From Collinsella sp. (GTDB lineage Bacteria > Actinomycetota > Coriobacteriia > Coriobacteriales > Coriobacteriaceae): DNA of 64,000 nucleotides. The stretch lies in the NCBI GenBank assembly GCA_018368535.1, contig JAGZDZ010000002.1, positions 29,319-93,318 of the forward strand, given 5' to 3'. Position numbers and translations under genes: made by a program. How positions within the stretch are numbered: position 1 is the stretch's first letter; the number at the start of each line of letters is the position of its first letter. The notes under the pieces are model-generated. The model was given only the letters and a program-made list of their open reading frames with translations, did not search any database and was not told the DNA's origin. This document shows, in pieces, positions 39,342 through 48,499 of this stretch.

Positions 39342-40748
39342 CTAGAACCCAACGTCGAGGACGGTCTGCTCGGGCATGAGGAGCTGCGCCTCCTCCTCGC
39401 TCTTGCCGTAGAAGCGAACGAGGTACATCCACTTCGGCACGACTCCCGCCGCGATCTCGGAGAGCATCTGCGTCTTCTCCGCCTGCGTGTCTGTGATGAT
39501 GGAGTCGTCCCACACGATGGTCACGGGCTCGAAGCCCTCCGCTATGCTCGCGCCGCAGTTGGCGCGGGCGCACTCGCAGAGCGCCGTGAGAAGCCTGCCC
39601 AGCTCCTTGCCCAGCGCGTTCTCGTGGTTGCGGATGTTGCGCATGAGGGCGGAGTTGTCCGCGCTCACCTCGGTCGCCGTCTTGAGGCCGCCCGACTTGT
39701 CGGGCTTGAAGTACTGCGAGCCGAAGCCGCACTCGTCGCCCAGGGCGGCGCATGCGTCTGCGTACACCTCGTGGATGGCGGAGGTTCGCATCTGCGGCGC
39801 GAAGGCGTAGGGCTTGCCCTCCTCGCCGATGGCGGATGCCGTGAGGCGGAACAGTCGCTGCTCCCGGTTGCCGAACGGCACGGGGCGCTTCTTGCCTTCC
39901 TCGTCGGTCTCCACGTCGATCATGGTATCCGGCACCATGAGCACGGCGCGCAGCAGGTCGGTCTCGTCGTAGAGCGCCGTCCACGCGGTGTCGAGCATGC
40001 GCATGGTGTCGATGGCGTCGTGGAACACACTCACGCCGTAGGGGGAGGTGTCCTGCACGGTGTTGTCGATGGCGGGGGAGAGCAGGCAGAAGGTGCGGAG
40101 AGCGCACCCCGTATCGAAGTCCTCGATGATGCCCAGCCCCTCGGATGCCACGGGCTTGCCGTCGCGCCACACCTTGGTGACGATGTGGTACGTCCCGCTC
40201 TCCGCGTCCATGATGTGCATCTGCAGCTGGACGGCCTGCTTGCCCTTGATGGTGACTCGTGTGCAGAACGCGCACTCCGTGGTGCCGTCCTCGTCCCACG
40301 TGAGCGGGATGACCATCTTCGCGTCGTATCGGCGCACCCTGATGGTCGTGCCTTCGTCTCGCACGTCGAACCACAGCGCCATGGCACCGGTGCCCATGGC
40401 GAAGGCGCGCTCGATGCCGCGCTGGAACAGGGCGTAGAGCCCCGTGTCCTCGCAGTAGTCGCGCACCCACTCGTTGGCGTCCGCGCTCTCGCTCTGCGCC
40501 TGCATCTCGTTGGCGATGAGCGACGCCCACTCGCGGCACACGCGGCGGGCGGGTCGCAGCGAGAGCTTCTGGCGCTCGTGGCTGCGGCCGTCAACGCCCA
40601 GGTACTTCTCCTTGTAGAACGGGTGCGTCGCTGTGTACCACTGGTACCACTCCGCGATGTGCGTGCTCATATCGGGGGGCATGGCGTAGCCGCGCGAGGT
40701 GATCTCCTCGCTCACGTACGCCGGCACCTCGAACTGGTTGTCTGCCAT
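39342..40748 (-). CDS. portal protein (SPP1 gp6-like)
   Basis: 468 aa, located between the terminase and the MuF-like gene. Confidence 0.75.
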   Translation of the reverse strand: MADNQFEVPAYVSEEITSRGYAMPPDMSTHIAEWYQWYTATHPFYKEKYLGVDGRSHERQKLSLRPARRVCREWASLIANEMQAQSESADANEWVRDYCEDTGLYALFQRGIERAFAMGTGAMALWFDVRDEGTTIRVRRYDAKMVIPLTWDEDGTTECAFCTRVTIKGKQAVQLQMHIMDAESGTYHIVTKVWRDGKPVASEGLGIIEDFDTGCALRTFCLLSPAIDNTVQDTSPYGVSVFHDAIDTMRMLDTAWTALYDETDLLRAVLMVPDTMIDVETDEEGKKRPVPFGNREQRLFRLTASAIGEEGKPYAFAPQMRTSAIHEVYADACAALGDECGFGSQYFKPDKSGGLKTATEVSADNSALMRNIRNHENALGKELGRLLTALCECARANCGASIAEGFEPVTIVWDDSIITDTQAEKTQMLSEIAAGVVPKWMYLVRFYGKSEEEAQLLMPEQTVLDVGF

Positions 40749-40754
40749 GGTCTA

Positions 40755-42458
40755 TCACCTTCCTGCGTTCTTGTACGCCCCGCGCCTCGTAACCACGTCC
40801 ATGAACGCGTAGCGGGTCGCATCTATCCAGTGGTCGTTCCCGTCGGGGTAGTCCCCGGAGTACTCTCCCGTGTTCTCGTCCATCTCGAACTCCGCCTCGC
40901 GCACCTCGCGGGCGAGGTTCGGGCACCGCTTCGGGTCGATGACCCACGTGACTGACTGCATGAAGCGGTAGCTCATGGTTCGCAGACCGCCCTTGCCCGC
41001 GCTCCGTGCGTCCACGCCCTCGTCTCGCTGCGCCTGAATCTGGTCGGGGGCGGCGTCATCGGACAGCACGCGCAGCCGGTGGTAAGCAGGCTCCTTCGGG
41101 CTTCCGTCCGGGTTCTTGCCATCGCTCCACGTGAGCGCGGTCCTGATGCGCGCGGCCGCCTCGGTCGGGAGCACCTTGTTTCCGCCCAGCTCCGCGAACG
41201 TGATGATGCGGTGCTGGCCGGGCTGCCACTCGGAGAGCGTGAACGCCCACGGGTCTGGGAACCACCCGAAGTCCTGGCCAGCGTGCAGACGCTCGAACGA
41301 GGCGATCTCCTCGTCGGTCACATCGCGGAACTCAACGCGGTCGAATATCTGCCCTCCGTAGCCAACGGGCTCGCCCAGGTACTCGTGGCGATAGGCTTGC
41401 TCGTCGGTCTCCTTGAGGTCTTCGGCGTCGGCTATGAACTGCGCCCCCAGCCACTCGGGAGGGGCGTCTAGGTAGCAGCTCTCGAACACCTCCTCGCCGG
41501 ATTCCCTGCGGCGGTCGGCCTCGCGGTTCGCCCAGTTGTCCCTCGTGCGCGGCGGGTTGTAGGTGTAGACCACGAACGTGCGCTCTCCTCCTCGGGCGGC
41601 TGACTGGCGCACGGTGCGAATCTCGGACATGCCCTTGAACTGGTCGGTCTCCTCGAACCAGAGGAAGCCGATGTGACCGAAGGGCGGCTTGAGACCCTTC
41701 GACTTGTGCGGGTCGTCGCATCCGGCGAAGAAGATGATCTGTCCCGTTGCCTTCTTGCGAATCTTGAGCGTGGAGACGGGCATCTCGTATTCATCGTCAA
41801 GACCTAGTTCATGTATCGCCCACACCACCTGCGCGTACACTGCATCGCGCAGGCTGTTCTTGCGCTTCATGACTGCGGCGGCGTGCTCGCCAGGGTGGTC
41901 TTCGATGTGGCGCACAAGCTCGATGGATGCCCATGAGCTCTTGAGAGAGCCGCGCCCGCCCTTGCACCAGAACTCTGTCTGCAACTCGCGGGCTATGAGC
42001 ATGTGGGGCCGGAAGAAGTCGCGCCCGATCAGCAGGGCGAAGTCGCGCGTGAACTCCCCGCGTTCCTCGGGCTGCTCCTCCGGCAGCGCGTCGAGCAGCG
42101 TCTTGCCCAACTGCGTCACGGCGTTGACCGCCACGTAGTCGAGTGGCTTGACGTCCTCTGCCCTGCGCACGCGCTCAACGCCTGCCTCGAAGGTCTCGCT
42201 CATTCCGGCTAGGACTTCCGCGCGCGTCGTGGTCGCCTTCTCTGCTGCTGCGCGCTTGAGGGCGGCTATCCTACCCTTGACCTTCCCATCCGCCTCAAGC
42301 TCGCAGGCGCGCTTGTCCACTGTCTCGGGCTTCCATCGCGCTCGGTCCGGATATGCGGAGAGCATGGCCTGCCTCTGCGTCAGGCCCTCCACTCGCTTCT
42401 GGCAGTACACCTCGTGGCGCGGGTTCGCCAGCGGTATGTCCTTGGTGGCGACCTCCAC
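40755..42458 (-). CDS. terminase: N-terminal small-subunit-like HTH domain fused in-frame to large subunit (ATPase and nuclease)
   Basis: Residues ~1-150 are TerS-like (LTQRQAMLSAYPD). Then Walker A KGGRGSLKSSW. The C-terminal nuclease region has DYPDGNDHWIDATRY. No stop between the two parts. Confidence 0.7.
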   Translation of the reverse strand: MEVATKDIPLANPRHEVYCQKRVEGLTQRQAMLSAYPDRARWKPETVDKRACELEADGKVKGRIAALKRAAAEKATTTRAEVLAGMSETFEAGVERVRRAEDVKPLDYVAVNAVTQLGKTLLDALPEEQPEERGEFTRDFALLIGRDFFRPHMLIARELQTEFWCKGGRGSLKSSWASIELVRHIEDHPGEHAAAVMKRKNSLRDAVYAQVVWAIHELGLDDEYEMPVSTLKIRKKATGQIIFFAGCDDPHKSKGLKPPFGHIGFLWFEETDQFKGMSEIRTVRQSAARGGERTFVVYTYNPPRTRDNWANREADRRRESGEEVFESCYLDAPPEWLGAQFIADAEDLKETDEQAYRHEYLGEPVGYGGQIFDRVEFRDVTDEEIASFERLHAGQDFGWFPDPWAFTLSEWQPGQHRIITFAELGGNKVLPTEAAARIRTALTWSDGKNPDGSPKEPAYHRLRVLSDDAAPDQIQAQRDEGVDARSAGKGGLRTMSYRFMQSVTWVIDPKRCPNLAREVREAEFEMDENTGEYSGDYPDGNDHWIDATRYAFMDVVTRRGAYKNAGR

Positions 42459-42579
42459 GCGCCCCTCCTTGTCTCTCTTGTCGAATCCTCCGCATCACAG
42501 CGGGAGCCGCCCCGAAGGACGGCTCCCTGTGCCCCGTGCGGCGGAGGATGACCGCACGGCTATGTTCTCGAAGGTGTCG

Positions 42580-42798
42580 CTAGTCCTCGAACACGATGGT
42601 CCCGTCGTCGTACTCGGCGTCGAGCCACGCGCGGTACTCCTCGGGAGAGGAGAAGCGCGCGATGAGTTCTCTGTGGCAGGTGGCCGCAGACATTCGCCCA
42701 GACCTGTAGACCACGATCGTGACGGGCCAGCTGTGAAAGACCACCTCCATGCCTGCAGCCCTCTCGGGCGTTCCGAAGTAATGCTCCCAGTTCATCAT
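42580..42798 (-). CDS. hypothetical phage protein
   Basis: MMNWEHYFGTPERAAG... start with GAAGGAGGG RBS. The ORF track began at 42933. Confidence 0.4.
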   Translation of the reverse strand: MMNWEHYFGTPERAAGMEVVFHSWPVTIVVYRSGRMSAATCHRELIARFSSPEEYRAWLDAEYDDGTIVFED

Positions 42799-42809
42799 GC
42801 CGCCCTCCT

Positions 42810-42965
42810 TCACGCGCTCGCCATGATGGTCAGGAGCCACCCTACGAACTGGACGATTTGCCATATAGCCCAGACCATCGCGATGTCGATGAGGATGCAC
42901 ACCGCCACGATGGCGAGGCATCCCTTGTTGCACCCTTCGCGCTCATCGCGCTGCGTGGCATCCAT
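42810..42965 (-). CDS. small membrane protein (51 aa; not in the ORF track)
   Basis: ATG at 42965 after GAGGAGG. MDATQRDEREGCNKGCLAIVAVCILIDIAMVWAIWQIVQFVGWLLTIMASA has two TM helices. Confidence 0.4.
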   Translation of the reverse strand: MDATQRDEREGCNKGCLAIVAVCILIDIAMVWAIWQIVQFVGWLLTIMASA

Positions 42966-44051
42966 AGACTTCCTCCTCTATCTCGTCAACCGCTTGGATT
43001 CTCTTGCCCAGCCATCTGATGACAGGCACCGCCATGGAGTTGCCCAGCGCCTGCCATCTCATTCCATCAGGCGTCGCATCGCGTATCCGCGTCCATCCGT
43101 CTGGGAAGCCTTGAAGCCTCTCGCACTCCGTCGGCGTGAGCCTGCGAACGAGGCCGCTCTCTACGACCGCCTTGCCTACCGTCTGCCCATCTCCTCCGAC
43201 GAGCCTCACCTCGTCGCGCTGGTTCTGCGCGAACGCCACCGCATGCCTGTCGGTTGTGGTGAGGGTGGGCGAGAGGCCGTCATCGCCGTAGGGTTTGCCG
43301 TTCGGACCGTTCTCCGACTTCCTTCCGATGGCGTTGCCGAGGATGGAGAACACTTCGACCGTCTGCCCGGAGGTGAGAGTGGGGGACTGCTCTTCCGAGT
43401 AGCCTATCCCGCGCGCACGCGCGCTCACGCCCGCGATGAAGCCTGCGCTAGAAGCGTCTCTTCCAGCTGCGGCGGCAAGCTCTTGCCTCTTCTCTGCGCT
43501 CGACGGAGCAGACCCTTGCACGCACTCGGGCTCAAATAGAACCGCCGAGGCGCACTGGGCTCTAAGATGTCCGACAAGAAAGACACGGCGGCGTCGCTGG
43601 GGTACTCCGAAGAATTGAGCGTCAAGCACTCTCCATGCGAGAGAATACCCGCAGTCTTCCAAGAGCCCGAGGAGGGTACCAAAGGCTGCCCCCCGTCCTG
43701 CGAAAGAACTCCGGGCACGTTTTCCCAGAGAACCCACCTTGGCTCAACGTCTCGGACAGCGCGCGCATATTCGAGCATGAGGCGACCACGCGGGTCATCC
43801 AGTCCCTTGCGGTTGCCAGCGACGCTGAACGCCTGGCACGGGCTCCCTCCGATGATGAGGTCGCATTTTCCACGATATGAACTCCAATCCACCCCGCTCA
43901 CGTCGCCCAGGTTGGGGACTGCGGGGAATCTCTTCTCCAATAGCTCGCAGCAGAACGGCTCGATCTCCGCGAACGCCATGGGTTCCCATCCGAGAGGACC
44001 CCATGCGACGCTCGCCGCCTCTATGCCGGAGAACAGGCTGATGTACCTCAT
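42943..44051 (-). pseudogene. DNA (cytosine-5)-methyltransferase interrupted by a 1-nt frameshift at a C6/G6 homopolymer (43689-43694)
   Basis: N-terminal frame has motif I ISLFSGIEA, motif IV GGSPCQAFS and ENV. C-terminal frame has QRRRVFLVG, RRLTPTECERLQGFPDGW and GNSMAVPV. One extra G would fuse them as ...LSQDGGAAFGTLL.... Confidence 0.7.
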
Positions 44052-44368
44052 CTCCCGCACCACTCCGCCACGGTCTTGAGCGGAATGCCCAGCTGCGCGC
44101 ACACGCCGCGCTCGCATCTCGCTCCCTTCGAGCCGAACACGCCGGGCAGCTCCGCCACGCCGTCGTAGCGAGGCTTGCCACGGTACGTGGACAGCATCTC
44201 CCGTATTGAGGCGCGCATGGCGCTCTGCCACGGCGTTCCCTGCTCGATCTTGTCGTGGGGGATGGCGACCTTGAAGCCGGCCTCCTCAAGCTGCCGGCGG
44301 GCCTCCTCGAACTCCTCGCGGTTGTCCCCCTCGTGCCCCGAAACGGGGCCGATGACGTAAAGCCTCAT
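44048..44368 (-). CDS. DUF4406-like (nucleoside 2-deoxyribosyltransferase-like fold) protein
   Basis: MRLYVIGPVSGHEGDNREEF start after AAGGAGG. ATGA overlaps with both neighbours. Confidence 0.5.
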   Translation of the reverse strand: MRLYVIGPVSGHEGDNREEFEEARRQLEEAGFKVAIPHDKIEQGTPWQSAMRASIREMLSTYRGKPRYDGVAELPGVFGSKGARCERGVCAQLGIPLKTVAEWCGR

Positions 44369-44520
44369 CTCATAGCCTCCTTGAAAAGCGCCTGCGCCTC
44401 CTTTACGGAGCATTGGATGGCGCGCGCTATCTCGTCGAACGTGCAGCCGCTCTTCACCCGCATGCGGTACACATGCTTGGCGAGCTGGTAGCGGTTGCGC
44501 TTCGCTTCCTGTTCCTTCAT
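44365..44520 (-). CDS. small HTH protein (sigma-70 region-4-like)
   Basis: 51 aa, GGAGAG RBS. ATG overlaps the stop of the upstream Zn-ribbon ORF. Confidence 0.35.
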   Translation of the reverse strand: MKEQEAKRNRYQLAKHVYRMRVKSGCTFDEIARAIQCSVKEAQALFKEAMR

Positions 44521-44660
44521 CTCTCTCCGCCCTTCATGCGGTTCTTGCTCGTGAGGTGGAATCCCCCGCAATAAGGGCATCGGTACCAGTCCATCCCCAG
44601 TCGCGAGCCTGCCCTCATGGCTGACAGCTCGCTCGCGAACCGCGTCTTCTCGGAGCACAT
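44517..44660 (-). CDS. small zinc-ribbon protein
   Basis: 47 aa, AAGAGG RBS, contains CPYCGG. Confidence 0.35.
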   Translation of the reverse strand: MCSEKTRFASELSAMRAGSRLGMDWYRCPYCGGFHLTSKNRMKGGER

Positions 44661-44707
44661 GCGCCTCTTGCGCGCAGTGCGCCTCCTGTGGTGGTGCCTG
44701 CCGTTGC

Positions 44708-44935
44708 TCACGATGCATCGCCTTCGGATATGTTCCTGGCAACCGATGCGTTTGCCCACATGACGCACTCTTCCAGCTTCGTCATGGCCAACGACTTCTC
44801 GCGGCTTCCTGGGCATTTATCCTCAATTAGCTCGGCGAGTTCGCGCCCTTTTGCTCTTATCGACTGATAGAGGGAGTCTTGTTCGTCGGTCGGTTTGTGG
44901 TACGTGAAGTTTCTGGCAATCGTCTCTTTACTCAT
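44708..44935 (-). CDS. hypothetical phage protein
   Basis: 75 aa, AAGGGG RBS. Confidence 0.4.
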   Translation of the reverse strand: MSKETIARNFTYHKPTDEQDSLYQSIRAKGRELAELIEDKCPGSREKSLAMTKLEECVMWANASVARNISEGDAS

Positions 44936-44951
44936 GTGCGTTCCCCTTTCA

Positions 44952-45191
44952 TCAATCCTCGAAGCACTCGCAAGCTGGACTCTCCGGGTCTATCTCCTCA
45001 AGGCCGCATCCGTCGCAGGTGCAGACCTTGGCGGTGGTCTTGTCGAGCATCCTGCAGTCGTTGCAGTGGCGGCACTCGCCGCACTTCCGCCCCTCCCATG
45101 GGTCGGGCGCGTTCCACGGAGCCATCGGGTCTCCCTCGAAGCACCCGGGCGGGAGGTTCCATCCGCTTTGAGGCTCGTATGCGCTCATCAT
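44952..45191 (-). CDS. hypothetical Cys-rich small protein
   Basis: GAGGAGG RBS 8 nt upstream of ATGATG. Contains CGECRHCNDC and CTCDGCG. Confidence 0.4.
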   Translation of the reverse strand: MMSAYEPQSGWNLPPGCFEGDPMAPWNAPDPWEGRKCGECRHCNDCRMLDKTTAKVCTCDGCGLEEIDPESPACECFED

Positions 45192-45616
45192 CCGCGCCAC
45201 CTCCTCAACGGCCTCCACCCGTCCATTCCTAGGGCGTCGGCGTAGCTCGCTGGCTCGTCGAGTAGAAGGTACTCAAGGTGTCCCCCGATGCCTCCCGCCA
45301 TGCGTCCGTAGTTTCCGAAGTTCCCAGGCACTGTCTCCTCCGGCACCCAGCGGAAGTGCAGCATGTTCGCGTGCGCGAGGCCGTGGCAGTAGTACCTGCC
45401 GTCGGCGTCTCGCAAGTTGTTTCCGAAGCCGCACAGCGTGATCGTGGGCTTCTTCACCTCGATGCCAGCGCGGTAGAGCTTCCCAGCGCCCCTGCGCACC
45501 ATGTGGTGCTGGTTGAGCGGGTGGTACCTGCCGCATACGGCGCACCTTTCGAGCCTGATGCTCGGCGCGTCCATGAGCGGCACCAGGATGGCGGGGAGGG
45601 TGGTCACTCTAGCCAT
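45188..45616 (-). CDS. putative HNH-type endonuclease / Zn-binding protein
   Basis: CAVCGRYHPLNQHHMVRR ... CHGLAH pattern. The HNH call is tentative. Confidence 0.3.
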   Translation of the reverse strand: MARVTTLPAILVPLMDAPSIRLERCAVCGRYHPLNQHHMVRRGAGKLYRAGIEVKKPTITLCGFGNNLRDADGRYYCHGLAHANMLHFRWVPEETVPGNFGNYGRMAGGIGGHLEYLLLDEPASYADALGMDGWRPLRRWRG

Positions 45617-46337
45617 CTCCCAGCCTCCTGTCCCCGCCGGTCATGGCAACCGTCTCGCAGGAGCCCGCTATGCGCGACGCTATCGCCCGGGCAGTCGATT
45701 CGTCGCACGAGCCCATGCGCGCCGCAAGCTCGCTCAACTTGAAGTTCGACGTGATGACCGTCGGAAGCATGTTCGCGTAGCGCGCGTTGACGATGGCGTA
45801 GAGCCGTGAGACGGTCCATGCCGTCTGCTGCTCCTTGCCCAGGTCGTCTAGCACGAGCACCGGGCACTTCGAGTAGCGCGCGAGCACCGCCGTCTCCTCC
45901 CTCGGGGTGCCGTAGGTGCTTTGGACCTCGACCAGCAGGTCGACGGCGTTGACCATGACGGAGCGCCTTCCGTGGTGCACGAGCCTGCGCATGATGGCCG
46001 ATGCAAGCGTGGTCTTGAAGGTGCCGTTCTCGCCCCAGACGTAGATCGATGCGCCTCCCTCGACCTTCTCCGCCAGCTCCTTAGCCATTGGGTGCTTCGC
46101 GTGCAGGTACCTCTTCGGCACCCCAGACTTTTCGAGCTTTTCGTAGAACTCCCTGCGCTCCTTCTCGCGCTTTTCCTCCTCCTCGCGGCGGAGCTCCCGG
46201 TCGCGCTCCTCGACCGCCTCCGGGCAGTCGCACGGCTCGTATCCGACCACGTGCGGCTTGCCGCCGAAAAGGGCAGGGAGGACGAGCGGTTTCAGCTCCT
46301 TCCCGCAGTGCGGGCACCTACCTGTCGTAGATTCCAT
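45609..46337 (-). CDS. DnaC/IstB-like AAA+ helicase loader with N-terminal zinc ribbon
   Basis: N-terminal CPHCGKEL. Walker A GENGTFKTTLASAI. Walker B VLVLDDLG. Confidence 0.65.
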   Translation of the reverse strand: MESTTGRCPHCGKELKPLVLPALFGGKPHVVGYEPCDCPEAVEERDRELRREEEEKREKERREFYEKLEKSGVPKRYLHAKHPMAKELAEKVEGGASIYVWGENGTFKTTLASAIMRRLVHHGRRSVMVNAVDLLVEVQSTYGTPREETAVLARYSKCPVLVLDDLGKEQQTAWTVSRLYAIVNARYANMLPTVITSNFKLSELAARMGSCDESTARAIASRIAGSCETVAMTGGDRRLGDG

Positions 46338-46992
46338 ATCCGCCTCCTTTCCTCGCCTTCGGGCGGTTGAGATAACCCTCGAACTTCGTGCCGAAAAGCG
46401 TCTCGGGGCGCAGGTAGGCGCTCATCTTGGGGTCTTCGCCCCAGGCGTCCTCCATGGTGTCGATGACGGCGATGAAGTCGGGGAGGCGGAAGCCCTCCTC
46501 CCATCTGGCGTGGATGAGCTGCCTGGTCTTCTTCGAGCTCGGACGGTAGGACGCTCCGACCGCCTCGTTGAGATGCCTAACGATCTCGCCGTAGGGGATT
46601 TCGTCCTCCTCCCCCTGCACCCCCTCCTCGGAAGAGGAATCATGAAGAGGAGTTAAGGAAGAGGAATATATATCGCTTGCCTGTTTGCTCGATGTCTCGT
46701 TATCTCGCATGCTTTCGGCTTTGCTTGCTCGTTTGCTTGTAGTTTTGCTTGGCGGTTTGCTTGTGTTTTTGCTCTGCTGCTCGCTTCCGCCTTTGCTTCC
46801 CGCCACGATGCGCGACCGGCTCTTTTCGAGCACGGGGCGCACCATGGCGAGCGCCATCTTCTGGGAGTCAGTGCGCGGGGATGGATCTGACCCCGTGCGG
46901 AGGTACCGCACGATCATCCCTATGAGCTCGTTGCCCTCGCGCACGTTCCCCAGTTCAAGCGGGCCGTCTATGAGCGAATCAAGCACCTGCAT
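46318..46992 (-). CDS. phage replisome organiser / replication initiation protein (conserved phage C-terminal domain)
   Basis: C-terminal YRPSSKKTRQLIHARWEEGFRLPDFIAVIDTMEDAWGEDPKMSAYLRPETLFG is the conserved phage replication C-terminal domain. The mid-region is S/T/K-rich. Confidence 0.55.
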   Translation of the reverse strand: MQVLDSLIDGPLELGNVREGNELIGMIVRYLRTGSDPSPRTDSQKMALAMVRPVLEKSRSRIVAGSKGGSEQQSKNTSKPPSKTTSKRASKAESMRDNETSSKQASDIYSSSLTPLHDSSSEEGVQGEEDEIPYGEIVRHLNEAVGASYRPSSKKTRQLIHARWEEGFRLPDFIAVIDTMEDAWGEDPKMSAYLRPETLFGTKFEGYLNRPKARKGGGYGIYDR

Positions 46993-46994
46993 GG

Positions 46995-47531
46995 CTAGAA
47001 CGGGATGTCTTCGTCATACAGGTCGTAGGAAGGCTGAATTTGCGCCTGCTGCGGAGCGTATACGGGCTGCTGCGGAGCAGGTGCCTGCGCAACGCGCTGC
47101 GGTGCTGCCGGAGCTTGCTGCGGTGCGTATGCCGGCTGCGGGGCCTGCTGCGGAGCGTAGACGGGCTTCGTGGCGTACTGTTGGTAGCCCTGCTGCTGGT
47201 ACTGCTTCGGCTGCAGAGGCCGGATGACGCCGATCTCGCGCACCTTGAGGTACGCCTTTGAGCGGTTCTGACCTGTCTGCTTGTCCTGCCAGCTGTCGTA
47301 GGCGAGGCTTCCCCACAGGAGGAGCAGAGCGCCCTTGACTATGTTGCGGGCTTTGTCATCGTTCTGCCCGTTGTGCCAGTACTCGCAGTCGAAGAACTGG
47401 GGCGTGTTTGATTTGGTTTCGCGGTTGTAGTTCGGGCTGTTGACAGTGAAGCGCGTCACAAGCTGTCCGCTCTGCGTAGAGCTGGTCTCGACGTTCTTGG
47501 TCACGTAGCCGTCTAGGGTGAAGTCTTTCAC
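46995..47531 (-). CDS. ssb: phage single-stranded DNA-binding protein
   Basis: GTG start 6 nt after AAGGAGG. OB-fold N-terminus. The Q/P-rich tail ends in the acidic DLYDEDIPF. Confidence 0.7.
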   Translation of the reverse strand: MKDFTLDGYVTKNVETSSTQSGQLVTRFTVNSPNYNRETKSNTPQFFDCEYWHNGQNDDKARNIVKGALLLLWGSLAYDSWQDKQTGQNRSKAYLKVREIGVIRPLQPKQYQQQGYQQYATKPVYAPQQAPQPAYAPQQAPAAPQRVAQAPAPQQPVYAPQQAQIQPSYDLYDEDIPF

Positions 47532-47881
47532 AGGTATCCTCCTTGGGTGACGTTCCCGCTGTTCCATATGCGGGTTATCTGCGCGTCCACCATGCGGATG
47601 CGCAGCTTGTAGACGTTGATGGCCTCTTGGCTCGCCTTGTAGATTGCCTCGGAGCAGTCGCGCAGCTTCTTGAGTTCCGCTATGTCCTCGCGCCCACGGC
47701 ACAAGTCGCTCGTGATGGTGACCGGCGTGCCCTTCCGGCGCTCGTCGAGGATGGCGAGGCGGAGCGCCTTGCGATACTCCGCCTCGTTCTCGGCGTACTG
47801 GCAGCCGCTGGTCTTGCAGACCTCAAGCTCCGCCATGAGCTGGTCTGTCAGCTCGTCGAGCTGTTCGTACAGCTCCTGCAT
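47528..47881 (-). CDS. hypothetical coiled-coil phage protein
   Basis: 117 aa, in an operon with ssb and ERF. Confidence 0.4.
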   Translation of the reverse strand: MQELYEQLDELTDQLMAELEVCKTSGCQYAENEAEYRKALRLAILDERRKGTPVTITSDLCRGREDIAELKKLRDCSEAIYKASQEAINVYKLRIRMVDAQITRIWNSGNVTQGGYL

Positions 47882-47884
47882 GGC

Positions 47885-48499
47885 CTACTCGATCTCCCAG
47901 GACGGTGCGGGGCAGCACCCTGGGCTCGCGGTGAAGGCGGCGTACTGCTCGGAGCTCTCGAACTGGTAGCGCGTGCCGCAGCTCCTGCAGTGGGCGATGA
48001 ACGGCCCCTGCTGCGGCGGCTGCTTCTGCTCCTTGGCCGGCGAGAGCTGGTCGGGGTCGCTCTCTCCGTCGATGGCGAACACGCCGCAGAGGGCGTACTT
48101 GCGCGCGTAGCTCGACGCCATGCCGGTAACCTGCGCGTCGTCGCTGCCGTTCTTGTGCTCCGCCTCGCGGGCGAACGCGGAAACGGTGAACATCTCTCCC
48201 GGCTCATCGGTGAAGAACACGCAGACGGTCGACTTCACGTAGTAGCGGTCCCCGACGTTCACCACCTCATCGTGCATGAAGAAGCTGATGCCCGCCTCTT
48301 CGCACGGCTTCTTGAGAGCCGCCACGATGTCCTCGAAGCTGCGGTAGTTGAACTTGCCGAACTCGTTGTACTTGTCCTTCGGAACCACCACAGAACGCTG
48401 AACCTGCGCGATGGCGCTCATGATGCTGCGCGGCTGCTCGTTGCTATCAGGCATTGAAACCTCCGATCTGGCGGCGCTCCTTCTCGTACGCCTGCTCAA
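47885..48499 (-). CDS. ERF-family single-strand annealing protein
   Basis: FGKFNYRSFEDIVAALKKPCEEAGI matches the ERF N-terminal core. C-terminal Zn ribbon. The true start may be at internal MPDSN or MSAIA. Confidence 0.5.
   Translation of the reverse strand: MSRRTRRSAARSEVSMPDSNEQPRSIMSAIAQVQRSVVVPKDKYNEFGKFNYRSFEDIVAALKKPCEEAGISFFMHDEVVNVGDRYYVKSTVCVFFTDEPGEMFTVSAFAREAEHKNGSDDAQVTGMASSYARKYALCGVFAIDGESDPDQLSPAKEQKQPPQQGPFIAHCRSCGTRYQFESSEQYAAFTASPGCCPAPSWEIE

Noticed and set aside
39340-40539. N-terminal ~400 residues of the listed 1111-aa ORF (Arg/His/Gly-rich)
   Set aside because: Lies entirely inside the portal gene in another frame. It is low-complexity. The true MuF-like gene starts at the ATG at 39339 directly after the portal stop.
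44365-44742. Full-length 125-aa ORF and overlapping 99-aa ORF (44517-44816)
   Set aside because: Their N-terminal two-thirds are Arg/His/Pro-rich without RBS. Only the C-terminal 51-aa HTH and 47-aa Zn-ribbon portions have good RBS and coupling. The split is inferred and low confidence.
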